A DNA stretch of 64,000 nt from contig WELB01000026.1 of NCBI GenBank assembly GCA_009602725.1, forward strand, positions 410,530 to 474,529, read 5' to 3'. Shown piece after piece: positions 1 through 12,356 of this stretch. The position numbers were made by a program, and so were the translations under genes. Numbering within the stretch: position 1 is the stretch's first letter; each line of letters starts with the position of its first letter. This stretch comes from Spirogloea muscicola (lineage: Eukaryota). Below the pieces are notes generated by a model that was given only the letters and a program-made list of their open reading frames with translations, was not told the DNA's origin and did not search any database.

Positions 1-483
1 CGCCCTGACGGAAGCCGGAGGCCGCCGCCAGAGCGCGGCCTGCGCGCAAGTGGACCGCAAAAGCTAGGGACCGCTGCAAAGAGACGGCCAGGCGCATCCG
101 GTAAACTTGGGCGAGGGACCCGGCGACATGGAAGCCAGGCTGCTCGCCTTGCTGCCCGTCGCGGCGGGCCGCTGCTCGCCGCGCAAGGCGGTGAAGGAGG
201 TCCAGCCATTTGGCGCCAAAGGCGCCGTGTACGTCGACGGCGAGTGGGATAAACTCGTCGCCTACCGGGTGATCTGAGTACTTGCGCTCCTTTGCGGCGG
301 CCGCTTGGCGGACGGCGTAGCCCGCCTCCTCCGCCGAGCGTGTTGCGCTCCTGGAATCTGAGGAGTCCGTTGTGACGACGTCGGCAATGAGCCGAGGCCC
401 CCCGCCCAGCGCGCTAGCGACGAGATCGGCGCGCCGGGTGTGGAGGCGGCCGTCCGCCCCAGCAGTCAGAGGCATGATGCTGG
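1..483 (-). mobile_element. CRE-like non-LTR retrotransposon fragment (restriction-like endonuclease C-terminal region), runs off window edge
   Basis: Minus strand reads ...RRADLVASALGGGPRLIADVVTTDS...AGYAVRQAAAAKERKYSDHPVGDEFIPLAVDVHGAFGAKW...MRLAVSLQRS. The RxD, D, KxxKY and PxAxDxxG motifs are RLE hallmarks. Near-identical to the copy at 52480-53020. Confidence 0.8.
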
Positions 484-589
484 AGTAGTGAGCTGTTTAC
501 CTGCGAGCTGGCCGTGCTCTCGCTGCAGCCTCTGGCTTTCGTCGGGGGGATTGTTTTCCGGCAGCTAGTCTGTCGAATTTGAGGCTCCT

Positions 590-1960
590 CACTCGTACTT
601 ATTGAGTGCTTCATCCTACACCAGTTCTGAGATAGCCCTTTAGGCCTCTTCGTACTTGGGCGCCTTCGAATCTTGTCAATTCGTTTCGGGCTGGCTTCTC
701 ATAGCCCTTGCCCTCATTGGGAGAGCCACTTCTCCTCAAAGGGGGCGGGGCTGTGAAAGCCAGCCCCGAAAGAAAGACCAAGCTAAAGCAGACAGCGACT
801 CAAGTGGCCACTGGGTGCTCAATATCCCCTGTTGAGCAGCCGCAGGTCAGAGAGAGAAGGCGCGCGGAGCGCATGGAGGCCAATTCGAGCCAAGACATTG
901 TTCAGGCAGAATCTAGTGCAGGATAAGCAAGGCTACATACAACGAGGGGCCAGAGAGACTAGTCCTCCGGTAGCGGGTCCCCTGGACAGAGCCAGAGGCT
1001 GCAGCCAAAGCGTGACCAGCACGAGGATGCAGTGCGTATGCAATCGACCGCTGCAGCGATACTGAGATGCGCATGCAATCCACCCGGGCGAGAGAGCCTG
1101 CCGCGTTGTTTTTGGCCCGTTCCCCTTGTGAACGTCGGGACAGGCAGCCCATCAGCAAACGACAAAGTCCGAACGGGTTGGAAAGAAAAGCGCGCCCATA
1201 GAAAAGAGGGGCTGGCCAAGCCAGCCCAAAAAAGAATGGACAATGTCCAAAGCCAAAGCAAGAGGAGCCGGAGAAAGCGCTTAAACACACTTCTAAAATG
1301 AGCTATTTCGCTTTATGAATAGCTTCTCATTAGATCTTCTAAGCTCATTCATTATTCGGCCGTATAATGAAAAGTGGCTCTCCAAAGCGGGCGAGGGATG
1401 TGAACAGCCAGCCTGAAAGAAGTGACAAGCTCCGAGAACGCGAAAAGCGTTCTCTCAAAGCTTTCCAGGGAGGGTAATCACTTAGTAACCTCTAGCCCGA
1501 GAAGTGAGCTCTTCCAAAGTTCCAGAAGGGGCGGGGGCTGCGAATGGCCAGCCCAATAAGAGTGAACAAGGTCCAAAGGCGCCGAATGGCGCCAGTACCT
1601 CACAGCTACGTAATAGCGAGAGCCACTTCTTCATAGAAGCACTCCGACTCCTTCAGACCTTGTCCATTCTTTTGGGCTGGCCTCTCCCAGCCACCAGTTA
1701 ATCTGGCCGCGCTTGCTTTCAGAAGAAGGGCTCGCCCATTGAGGAGAGGGGCTGAAAAAAGCCAGCCCAAAAAAGAAGAAACAAAGGACGAGAAGGGGCC
1801 AGGGGAAGAAGTCCGCGCCCATAGAGGGGAAGCACTGAGAACAACAAGCACAACAAGAAACAAAGCAGCTACGAAGCATTCAGTAACCCCTGCTAAGCAG
1901 ACTCAGGTCAGAGAGACTGGGTTCCTGGAAGCGGGTTGCCTGGCCAGAGACAGAGGCAGC
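590..1960. repeat. Cluster of nested 3' tails of CRE-like elements in both orientations
   Basis: RGY-stop junctions at ~820, ~1482 and ~1880 (minus), plus repeated TTTTGGGCTGGC..CAGCC and GGGCGAGCCC/GGAGAGCCAC tail motifs. Confidence 0.75.
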
Positions 1961-2465
1961 CTCCTTCGGGAGAGCCATTTTCTTGGTACACCGCCCCTGG
2001 CCGGCTCCCCGTTCCACATACAGCCCTGCCCAATTCCTGGCCAGATTCAGGCCGGACCGGTGCACCCGCGGGGGTGCGCCCCCGGCCGGGTGCATGAGGC
2101 CAGTGGCGAGGCGGGGGTGCAGTCACCTCCGGGCCCCGCAACGGCTGGTAAAGCGAACGCCGCCCGTTAAGATTGCCATTAACGGTGGTTGGCCTGCAGG
2201 CCGCGCCCACCCATCCCATAACAAGCCGCCTCCGCCCCCCGCGCCGACGCCACCGCTGCCGCCTCCGCCGCCGCCGCCACCGCCACCGCCGCCAATTTAG
2301 CGACGGGCAAACGGCACGCCGTGACGGGCCGCGGCGGGCTGCCGGCCCCAGCCTACCAGCGGAGCGTGCCGGGCCCGCCCCGCCATCGGCTTGGAGGCCG
2401 GCCCTCCATCACCACGGCTCCTGAGAGCGCGTAGTGAGAATTTCGGGACTGAGGTTCGAGTCGCG

Positions 2466-3575
2466 ATGGCGCCCAGCCTGGCGCTGGAGGCGCCTGGGCC
2501 AATCATGCTCCCGCTTCTGGAGGGCCTGGAGCCGACCGCCGGCGCACTCGCGGACGCCCTGACGACGCCGTACGAGGACTGCTTCCTGTGGGACCGCATC
2601 CTCCCAGAGGTAAATGCGCCCCTTTGTTGCACCGGCGAGACTCTATTATGGAAAATGATTTAGTTCCTGTATATCGTACTTGGTGCAATTGGCTACAAGT
2701 AGCGGTTCACGAGGTTGACTGGGGCTGGTCCAAGGATCCAGAGTCCGAGGGGGCTCGCTTTCCCTGAACTGAACACGAGACTGATTCGATTTAGCTGATG
2801 TGCGAAATGACCGTGTCGAAGTTGCGTTGTCATTTTTTGTTGCACGTCTTGACTGCCTGTCAGAGTGCTAGCTCAAGGTCCTTGGATGCCTCTGATTTGG
2901 CTGCAGGATCAAGCTTGCTGATGCCAATGACAATGACGAAAATGACAGTGATGTTAGCCCTTTGAACAGCGAATACCGTTAGGTTATCTACTCGTCTTCT
3001 TGAGCAAAGGCAGAAGATAACCAGAAGCTTTGACACCACGCTGACCATCCAACCGGATGTCTTCGGCCTGCTTCCCGCTTGCAACAGCTCGCCTATCATG
3101 CGGACGAGGTGGGCGGCCCACTTTATGCTGTAGTCTTCAGGTCGATCAGAAAACTGGAGGCTGACTCGGAGCAGCTGTATGCCGCCGACGCTGCCGCGCA
3201 CGAGGAGGCCAAAAAGAGTGGAGGGCTGCTGAAGGTGCACTATGGTAGAATGTAGTCAACTCACCATACTTTGTGGGTGCCGATGGCAAGGTAGCATGTC
3301 TGTTAGCCGAGGTTGAATTATCGTTCATGCACTGATATCTGGCAGGCTTCTGCTTGCAGTACTGGTATGGCACGCTCAACGAGCAGAGGGAGTGCCTGGC
3401 AACGTGCATCTGGTCCTCTAGGGAGCACGCCCGACGGGCACTGGGCAAGCCTTCGCACATCAAAGCCATGCATCTTGCCAGCCAGATGTACGTCATGTAC
3501 GTGCTAGAACGGTACTGGATACATAAGTGCGGCGACTCAAAGTCAGGTCTTCACCTAGTCTTTGAGCGACTCTGA
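2466..3575 (+). CDS. UPF0643-like protein (~168 aa), 3 exons: 2466-2609, 3088-3234, 3360-3575
   Basis: Canonical GT-AG, all phase-0 joins give ...TTPYEDCFLWDRILPE|LAYHADEVGGPLYAVVFRSIRKLEADSEQLYAADAAAHEEAKKSGGLLK|YWYGTLNEQRECLATCIWSSREHA...PSHIKAM...YVLERY. The FRS, AHEEA..SGGLLKYW and LATCIW motifs match my recollection of the UPF0643 family. Confidence 0.75.
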
Positions 3576-4199
3576 CAATGCCCGACTGCCTGCCCTAGGC
3601 TCGCCACACCCTTACTCCCTGAATTTCACGGGCAGCTCAGACAGACGGCGATGCCGTCACTGAAGTTGCTCCTGTCTGCATCACGTGTAGGAGCCAGTTC
3701 GTTATTCTTTATTCTTTATTGTGACAGTTACTCTCGTAGTCATGCAGGCATGAACATCACAACCCTCATCTTCTCACATTCATTCATTCTGCTGATTCCC
3801 ACTGGCGTTTTGGTCTTCTCAGCTGCTTTTGACAAGTGTCTGTTGTCGAAGAAGTGGCAGTGAGGAGCTTAGACCTGCCGACGTGTTCATGCGGGTGTTA
3901 CAATTGAGGGGCCCGACAGTCATCTCCTTTATATGATGCTTTGCACTCGCCACTGCGCGTAGTGTTGACATACATTAGTAAGGTGTCTACTGCAACATTT
4001 GTTCTAAGCTGTCGGATGGTGAAGCATCTGTACTAAGGTGCCGTCCCTTCCTGCAACAAGCCTCAGTCACTGCAAGGTCAACAGAAGCTCCCGGCGCAGA
4101 CGAATGAGCAGGGCATATCTGGTATGAGCTGGACCTGAGGCAGGTCAAGCTCTGACTTGCATGCTAGCTTCGTGTAGAGGTTAGCTAGATGTATGTCAA

Positions 4200-5960
4200 A
4201 CCATCTAGCTTCCCTTATAAGGGGGCAATGGCTGTAAAGGCAAAGCCCCAAAGAATGGGACAAGTTGTAAGGGGCCAGAAGAGAAAGAAGCAGCTCTTCC
4301 AGGGGGGCGAGGGCTATGGAAAGCCAGCCCAAAACCAGGTAAGAGTAAGGCGGTGGCTGGAGACAGGGAAAGAGTGAGTCGGTCAGAAGAGGCGATGGCT
4401 GTGAAACCTGCCGTGAAACCCCCGAAGTGAATGAGCAAGGGTCAAAGACCTTTCGAAAGGGGCGGATGGCTGTGACAAGGGCCAGCCAAAGAAACGGACA
4501 GAGGAGCACAGCCGGAGAGAGAAGTCGGTTGCTGTGAAGAGGTCACCCCAAATTAAGATGAAGTGGCTCTCCCAATGTGGGCAAGGGCTGTGAGAAGCCA
4601 GACCGAAAAGTATTGGCAAGGTTTTGAAAGGGCCAAACTTACGAAAGTAAGAGCTCTTCCAATGGAAGGCAGTGGCTGTGACAGCCCTCTCCTGGAAGCG
4701 TCATTCCCGCCGTGAGAGGCCAGCCCACAATAATGGACAAAGTCGGAAATGGGCTGGAGGCTGCCAAGGACCAAAGCAGGCCGCCCAAGTGCCACAAGCA
4801 CGTGGCTTGCCAACTCGGCTGGCGGTGGCCGCGTGGCATTGGGCCGGAGTCTGGGGAATGTGTGCAACAGCCGTCCAGGTGATTGCTCACAGCATACAAG
4901 TGGCTTCAGCGGAGAGGCGCCGCGGCCCGGCCAAACGCACTGCCAATGGTGGGCTGAAAGGGACAGGCCTTTGCTCCGACTCCTGGTGGTGGGGGCGTTC
5001 GGCCCCTGGCTCGACCAGGACAACCGAAACAGTAGAGATGAAGGGCTCGCCCATTGAGGATAGGGGCTGGAAAAAGCCACCCAAAAAAGAATGAACAAAG
5101 AACGAAAAGGGGCCAGGGGAAGTACGAAGGACAACAAGCACAACAAAGAAACGAAGCAGCTACGAAGCACTCAGTAACCCCTGCTAAGCAGAGAGGCCCT
5201 TCGCCCTCAGGAGCCTAGCTTCTCTGACCTGAGGCTGCTTAGCAGGGGCTACTGAGTAATACGTAGCTACTTTGATTCTTGTTGTGCTTGTTTTCTTAGC
5301 GCTTCCCCTGGCCCCCTACTCGCACTTTGTTCCTTCTTTTTTGGGCTGGCTTTTCCAGCCCCTGTCCTCAGTGGGCGAGCCCTTCCTCCTTCGCGCAACC
5401 CCAGCTCCAGCTTTACCTTCCAGCTCCACCTCAGGCTCACCTCCGGCTCCCACTCTCCGTCATTTCATTCATTGATTTTCTGGGCTGGCCGATCACAGCC
5501 ATCGCCCTCACTGGGAGAGCCTTTTCTGCTTTGGGCTGGCCTCTCTTCATTCTTGTATCTGGGCTGGCCAATCACAGCCATCGCCTTCAACTGGAAGAGT
5601 CTTCACATCCATTGCCTGGCATGAGAAGAGCTTTTACTTTCTTTCACAACCTAATCATTTATCGGGCTGGCCTCTCACAGCCATGGCCTTACGATGGAAG
5701 AGCTGTTTCTTTTTTTCCCTCCCCCCCTCCTCCGTCCCTGACTCTCCCCCCCCCNNNNNNNNNNNNNNNNNNNNNNNNNNNNNNNNNNNNNNNNNNNNNN
5801 NNNNNNNNNNNNNNNNNNNNNNNNNNNNNNNNNNNNNNNNNNNNNNNNNNNNNNNNNNNNNNNNNNNNNNNNNNNNNNNNNNNNNCCCCCTCCCCCCCCC
5901 GCTGCACTGTCATTGGGCTGGCCTCCATAGCCACTGCCCCTTTTGGAAAGCCTTCTATTC
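4200..5960. repeat. Dense array of CRE-like 3' tails with an RLE fragment (~4790-5010, minus)
   Basis: More than a dozen GCCAGCCC/GGGCTGGC tail motifs; RGY-stop junctions at ~5171 (-) and ~5244 (+). Confidence 0.75.
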
Positions 5961-6182
5961 TATCCTCGACACGTCTTGTCAGATTGTCTTGACAAAAGTA
6001 GAGCTACAAATCCATGCAGAGTCATGCCATTTGAATTATCCTGAAAGCAAGCTTGAGCTGAAGATCCTGCTGTGCTGTGTTGCAAGCACATGTATTCCTT
6101 CTGCTAGCAGTCTGTGACCCTTCAGGCTTATGAGCTCAATATCGATCAAACCTCAGACACTTGGCACTTGTGACGAGGATGA

Positions 6183-8460
6183 CTAGTCCTGACGCTGCTT
6201 GTTTAGTTGTTCAACATATTCCGCTCCAAATTGATCAGCGGAGGTCGGGCCCTGCTTGACAAATAGACTGCATCACTTGCAAATACTGCTCCAGATGGAC
6301 GTTGAACGAAGGCAGGGCTACATTGACGACTTGACATCGTGAAGCACAGCCGGAGCATATCTGTCCCAGGACAGCAAGCACCACATATGATGCTTCAGCT
6401 GAGACCCGAGCTGGACAAACGTGAACAGGCACTCGTCGCAAAAGGTGGGTAAGGCAGACCTGGGCGCTGATGAGTTCCCTGTCAATTGTGACCTTGGGCA
6501 TCATGGGGAGCGCCTCCACCAAGATTCCGCCATTTTCCCTCAGCTCAGACTCGACCTGTGAATGAGAATGAGAGGAGCTTTGTGGGAGTACATGCTATGC
6601 AAGCGAGTCGGAGGCTTCCAGAGGCACAGCCTCTGTGAGGGGCCCAACAAAGGCACCGTCCAGAAGTCCCAGTCAGATGAACCCTATCACCTTGTACGGC
6701 AATTTGCCTAGCCACAGAAGCTCAATCATGTTCTCCTCGGCGTCTGAGTAGCACGTCATCTTGTACTCAACGTACGCCCAAGGTGCGTTGAGCTCCACCT
6801 GCTTCGTAGACAGCAGGGCAATCGGGGCATGACAGATCATCCCTGCACAGCAATACACAGATAATTAAATCAATCATTTTCTGAGGACGACATATGCGCA
6901 TTGTATACATTGGAGGTCCACGCCAGCTCGCAGGCATCTCTGGCTACTCCAGTGTGGGGAAGCAACTAAAGGAGAAAGGACTGCTCCTCACGTCTGTAGT
7001 TGGCTTATGCAAACCAGCTTACCGGTCGGCTTGGAGCGCTTGTGAAAGTGGAGGAGTATGCGGCCTAGCTCAGGGTCATCCACAGGTCAGTCATGGGGGC
7101 ATGGCCTGCAAGCACGAGCACACAGAGCCAGTGGTCCCACGGAGTACTTGAGTTGGTGAGTGTGCAACTTTGACAGCTGCATGCTTCACTCTGTGCATTT
7201 TGTCAAAGATGACAGTCACCCTGTCAGGCACCTCCGCAGAGGAGGTGCGTGCAACTTGCGGGGAGCCCGGAAGATGGTCATTTAATGCTTGTTTCCTTAC
7301 AAGCAGCACTTATGAAGCAACAAGCAGGCACATAGTTGTGTCTTCTTTGAAGAAATAACAGGCAGCACGACAAGTCCACACCGACCTCCAGGAATAAGGA
7401 CGCCATCAAAGGACTCGAGCTCTTCATCAGATATTGAGGCGAACGTGCGGGGCTGGTCCAGGTTGCCTTTGGCATGCAGGCGCTCCAGCAGCTGCACCTC
7501 CTCGTCCTTCTCGGACCAGTGCCAGGGGTTGAACCACAGCATGCTATCAGACAAAGGGTCCATCGACGGTGCGTTGCCCTTTGGGTTTGCAAACTGGATT
7601 GCCAAAGGTGAAGAAGGCATGTGTCAGCACCGTCAGTGGAATACTGAGGCCTACTCAACACACAACGAACGACGCCGTCAAGCTAGCACTGACGAGCCGA
7701 CGATGCCGGCTTGGCGACGTACGCTGCCAAGTCGCATCGCTCACCACCACGTGGTAGTTGGAATCGAGCAGCCGAACGAGCGGCCGGCCCAGCTCCTTGA
7801 GGAAGAACCCCATCGGCTGCTGCTTGCAGCTCTGCAGCATTATAGGGAAGTCCAACCATCCTCACACTTGAGTCAGACAGTTGAGCTTATAGATTAGACC
7901 CTCCTCTGACTTTCGCAGCAGTATCGTCAAGATGGCTGGTCTCAACAACGCCAGTCCAGTAGCAGACGCCACAGCTGAAGCAGCTTGCAGCTCGCTCTGT
8001 GCACGGCCAAGTGTGTCTGTATCAAATTAACGTTGTATCGCAACAGCCTCCTCACAAGCAAGAAGCTGAGACAGTGGAGGGGCGACCCTGAACAACGAGG
8101 TGAGGACCGAAGCGAGGAGACCTGGAGGTCCACATGGTCGACGCTGGAGCAGCAGATGAGGACCTTGCCTTTGGCGGCGCCGGCAGCCGCTGCGATCGGC
8201 TCAATGGTCGCAGCCGAAGGCATCTCCGTCGCGCAGCGGGCCGCCTGATGCGCAAACGGAGCCCATCCATCGTCGGCCGTCTTGGGACCATCGGCGGCCG
8301 CCGAGAGCCGGTCGAGGAGGCGAAGGGCTCCGCGCCTGCGCCGCCGCTTCCGCGGGCTGACGAGCGCCGCTGCCGGCGGCGCCTGCCGGGTGCAGCGGCA
8401 GCGGCTGCGGAGGGCCGCGGGCGGGATGGCTGGCGCGGCTGCGAGGCTGGCGGCGGCCAT
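6183..8460 (-). pseudogene. DJ-1/PfpI (Hsp31/glyoxalase III-like) gene copy 1, 7 exons, 1-nt frameshift at ~7080 (pseudogene or sequencing error)
   Basis: Spliced peptide: KVLICCSSVDHVDLQ|SCKQQPMGFFLKELGRP..|FANPKGNAP..FDGVLIPGG|HAPMTDLW/..|GMICHAPIALL..|..VTIDRELISAQ|GPTSADQFG..RQD*. Exon 4 reads TGG ATG AC where the paralog reads TGG AAT GAC. Confidence 0.8.
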
Positions 8461-8519
8461 GGCCGGCTGAGCGAGCTGGGCCAGCCGGGCGGGGGTCGGG
8501 GTGAAGGACTCGTCCAGTA

Positions 8520-10450
8520 GAGAGACATACTCTTCCAGTCGAGGGGCGATGGCTGTGATCAGCCAGTTCTGCAAAAGAGGAGACGAAATTTGAAGGGGCC
8601 AGATAAGCGCTAAGGCACACACAACGAGTTCAAGTTGGCCATTGGGTGCTCAATATCCCCTAGTGAGCATGCCGCAGGTCAGTGAAACGAGTCTCCCGGT
8701 AGCGGGTCCCCTGTCTGTAGCCAGGCTCTGCAAGGGTGGCTCTCGAGCAAGAGGGAAATGAACTCGTACTTCGTTCATTCCTTTTTGGGCTGGCTTTTCC
8801 AGCCCCCTATCGTCAATGGGCGAGCCCTCCTCAATTTCATTTTCCCCCGAAAAGAAGGCGGCTGCTGAATGTGAAGGAGCGGGTGTAAAGGCCGCTCTTG
8901 TTGATCTAGCCACTCTCCGGGTTGCATTCAGAGGCGATGGAAAAGTTCCGTGTAGTATTCGGGCGTTTCGGAGGAGAAGGGGGGTGGGGGTGGGGGTGCC
9001 ACTTGGCCGCGGCCCAAACTGGCGGGCTGCGTCCGACGTGGCTGCCAGATGGCGAGCGAGGGCTCAGACGTGGCACTGCCGACGTGGACAGTGCTGCGCT
9101 GGACGCGCCGACGTGGCTGCCAGGTCACGAGGGACGGACTCCGACGGCACACACACGTGGCCACTGTCCCCAGAAAGCTGGGCCCCCCGGCCCCTTCTCG
9201 TCCCTTTCATTCTTTTTTGGGATGTGTGAAGGCGTGCGGTGCGCATGGAAAAGAAAGGGAGGCCAAGTCTAGCCTTACAAATGTCCTGTTAATTGGGTCA
9301 TGAGCTGGCTAAGGGGGACACTAGTATCCCCGAGTGAGCACATGCATATCTGACAAGGTATACTGAGGCGCCAAACCACCACCACGGAAGCCATTAGCCT
9401 GGGCTAATGCACGACCAGCACGCTGGTGTATCGCGAGTGCCTGGGAGCACTGTAGACTCAGTGATAGCCGCATTCTATAGCATGCAACGATGGCTTGCGG
9501 GACGCTAGAATGCCCTAAGCTACCCGCCCGACTACGTCAGCGGGCATCGACATGCAGTGCCAGGCGATGGAGGAGGGAAGACCAATTTGTTCCGTAGCCG
9601 CCGTATATGTCCATGGCGCATGAGAAGAAGTGGTCGCCCCGTGGGTGGTCATCATAGTGCCTCTCCTTCTTCCTCTCCGCATTGGGATGTTTTTCCAGCC
9701 CTATCCGCAATGGGCGAGCCCTTCTTCGAAAGCTGCTCCTTCCTACGCGTTCCTCCTGGCTGGCCTCTCTGCGCTTTCCTGCCCCTTACGAACCTTGTTC
9801 ATGTTTTTCAGGCTGACCTTTCAAGGGAATGTGCATGGAGCATTTGGCAGTTGGTGGCCAGACCTGCAGCGGCTTGCACGGCGGGCCATCAATTGCAGTC
9901 AAGGATGGCAAGGTGAGCTGCCCCGCTTCGATGCCGCGTCACTTGCCCAAGTGGGGTTCCGCATGCGGCTCTCCATCTAATGTCAGCGTTCCCAGGCTCA
10001 TGCAGTGCACTTGCGGGGGGTGCGTGCTTTGGCTGCCGCTTCTAGGATTGATGTGGTGAATGTATTATGCAAGTTACTCCGACTTGCGGCTGCTGACTTG
10101 GCTTACTATGCTTGGGTTACTAAGCCCATACGCAGTAGCCACTTGCATAGCTGTGTGGTTTTAGCACCTTCCTACCCTTTGGACCTTGTCCACTTTTTAT
10201 GGCCTGTCTTTTACGTGGCCCTCGCCCCATTTGGAAGAGCCCCTTTCTTTCACAGCCCCTGCCTCCTTTGGAAGAGCCTACTTCTCTCAGCTGCCAGTGT
10301 TCCGACCAATTAATCAACCGTGTCGCCTCTTTTGAATGGCTTGGGCGGCTGCTGTCTGATTGCGGACGTCGTCAAGACAAATTCCTTGGACCCACAACCC
10401 AAATCGGCGGGGCACGCTGTCAGCGAAACCGTAGGCGCCAAGGGGCGGAA
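8520..10450. repeat. CRE-like fragments and tails between the DJ-1 paralogs
   Basis: RGY-stop at 8650 (-), ~9321 (-) and ~10115 (+). RLE remnants VHGAFGSWWPDLQRLARRA (~9830-9890) and LIADVVKTNSLD..AGHAV..AKGRK (~10355-10450). Confidence 0.7.
9030..9162. promoter_or_regulatory. Cluster of five ACGTGG(C) ABRE/G-box-like motifs upstream of DJ-1 copy 1
   Basis: ACGTGG at ~9036, 9068, 9082, 9111 and 9155. The core GTCCGACGTGG..GCCAG.TGGCG is shared with the upstream region of copy 2. Confidence 0.5.
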
Positions 10451-12356
10451 GCGCGGAAAACCCTGCCAGCGACGAGCTTGTCTCGCAGGCGAGTCGAGGT
10501 ACCCATGGCTCTTGAGACTCTGTAGCTCGGCCTTCTCAAACAGCTTATGCGACGAGTATCAATTCGGCGTCAAGGGTAGCAGGGCGAACAGCGCGGTTGC
10601 TTGCCGCCGGGTTGCTTCCTCAATCGTGCGAATGCCCTAAATGATCAAATTCATGTTACGCTCCAGCCTTCTTAGGCGTTCTCTGTGCACTGCGAGCAGG
10701 TCAAGCCTTGGCTGCTGCCACTGACTTACGACGCAGTGACTCTTTTCCAGCTGCAAGCTGGAAGATTTCCAGCTGCAAGCTAATGAAGAGCTACTGCTAC
10801 TTGCGGCTGTTGATTAGGGTTATTCAGCACCCATTGGTTGTAGCCGCTTTGTAACGCTCGTATTTTATGCTTTCGTGGCCCCTTCAAAACCCTAAACTCT
10901 AAACTGCGAAACAGTGAATGTCCATAAAATTCGGGCTGGCCATTCTCAGCCATCACCCCTTTTGAAGAAGTTCTTGGCCAACCAAGAGCATATCATACTG
11001 CATTTGCCAGGTCTAACTGTTGTCCAGTGTACTTGCACACGAATTGTTTACGACTTCGGTGCAAGTATGCAATAGTACAGGTGCTTGCAGTGCAAGAGGA
11101 TGCCCCTGGAAGTGCGCCTGGCTATTCTGGCCAGGCTTTACGAACTCTGCTCGACATCAAATGGAGTAGGTCGGGCCTTGCGAGTATCCAGCAGACCAAG
11201 TATCACACAAACGCACTCCTCATCAGATACTCTAGCAGAGAAGTGCTTTGGTACTGCCCTTCATGCATCCTCAGCTAGGAAATGCAAGAAACATTGTTTG
11301 TCATGTTAATATTGCTGGAAGCAGCGGCTTATCTAGACCTAAGCACTAATGAGTTCACTGTCAACAGTGACCTTAGGCGCCAAAGGAAGCGCCTCCACGA
11401 TGATGGCGATATCGTTTCTGAATTCCGTCTACACCAGCGGATGCAGCACAGAGCTTCTCTTGACCGATACACACTTGCATTTCCAAGAATGCAATATGAT
11501 AATACTGCAATTATCTGAATGAACCGATTTGAACCTGTCTTATTTAATGTACTTGCTCATCTACACCAGCTTATTAATCTCCCTCCCAGTTCAAGAGCAA
11601 GTCGTGCTGCACCCAGCTTATGCGCATGGTGCACTTGGCTTCACCTGCTTTGTGGACAGTGTTCCAATCTTGAGTGTGGCTGATCACTCCTGCGCAGTTC
11701 CCCGGATGCTGAGGTAACCTACAAAGTGGAGGAACAGCAGCTTGCCTTCATCAATGCAACGATTGGAAGCCGCACTTCAACTAATCCTTAATGCTTTGGC
11801 TAAGATTGCAGTTAGTGGCTGCCCAGACAGCGTAATGGCCGCAAAAGTAGAGGTGAGTGCGGCTCGGTTTAAGTTGTACTGCAGGTTCATCACTGAAGCA
11901 TGGCCTGCAAGCAATTGAGGAGCGAAGGGATCGGACATTTCAGATCGGAGATCTAGACAGTATGGCGCAAGAAGCCTCCATGTGAATGATCGGCAATATA
12001 ATATGTCTCTTCAACGCGCCTGATTTCAATCTGCATGTCTACTCTGTGTGTTGCTTTCTCAATCACAAATCTCAATAGCTGTGACTTCTACAGGCTTAGT
12101 CCTTAACGATTTTGCAGTGAAATATGCATGACAGACTTCTGACAGGTGGTACAACCTTCGAGGTACTTTCAAGACCTCGAAGGTACTTCCGTATTTTATA
12201 TGTGGCCTGCCACTATTTCTGCAGGTGAAATATGGCTGCATGGTGAACGGTGCTTCAACAATTTGGTGAGCTGATTTTACTATATTCTCCACATCACATC
12301 GTTCTCTTCATACTGCACAGGACAATTTTTCGTCATGTTGTGGTGCAAGTACTTAC

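Noticed and set aside
1983..2300. Poly-proline ORF
   Set aside because: Product of a (CCG)n tract in the GC-rich upstream region of the next gene; no ATG start or domain.
4200..5960. CRISPR-like array of recurring GGGCTGGC..CAGCC palindromes
   Set aside because: Irregular spacing, both orientations, variable repeats and no cas genes in a eukaryotic context. Explained as retroelement 3' tails.
11027..11960. Short plus-strand ORFs (e.g. MPLEVRLAILARLYELC)
   Set aside because: Could not be joined into a consistent spliced frame or assigned to a family.
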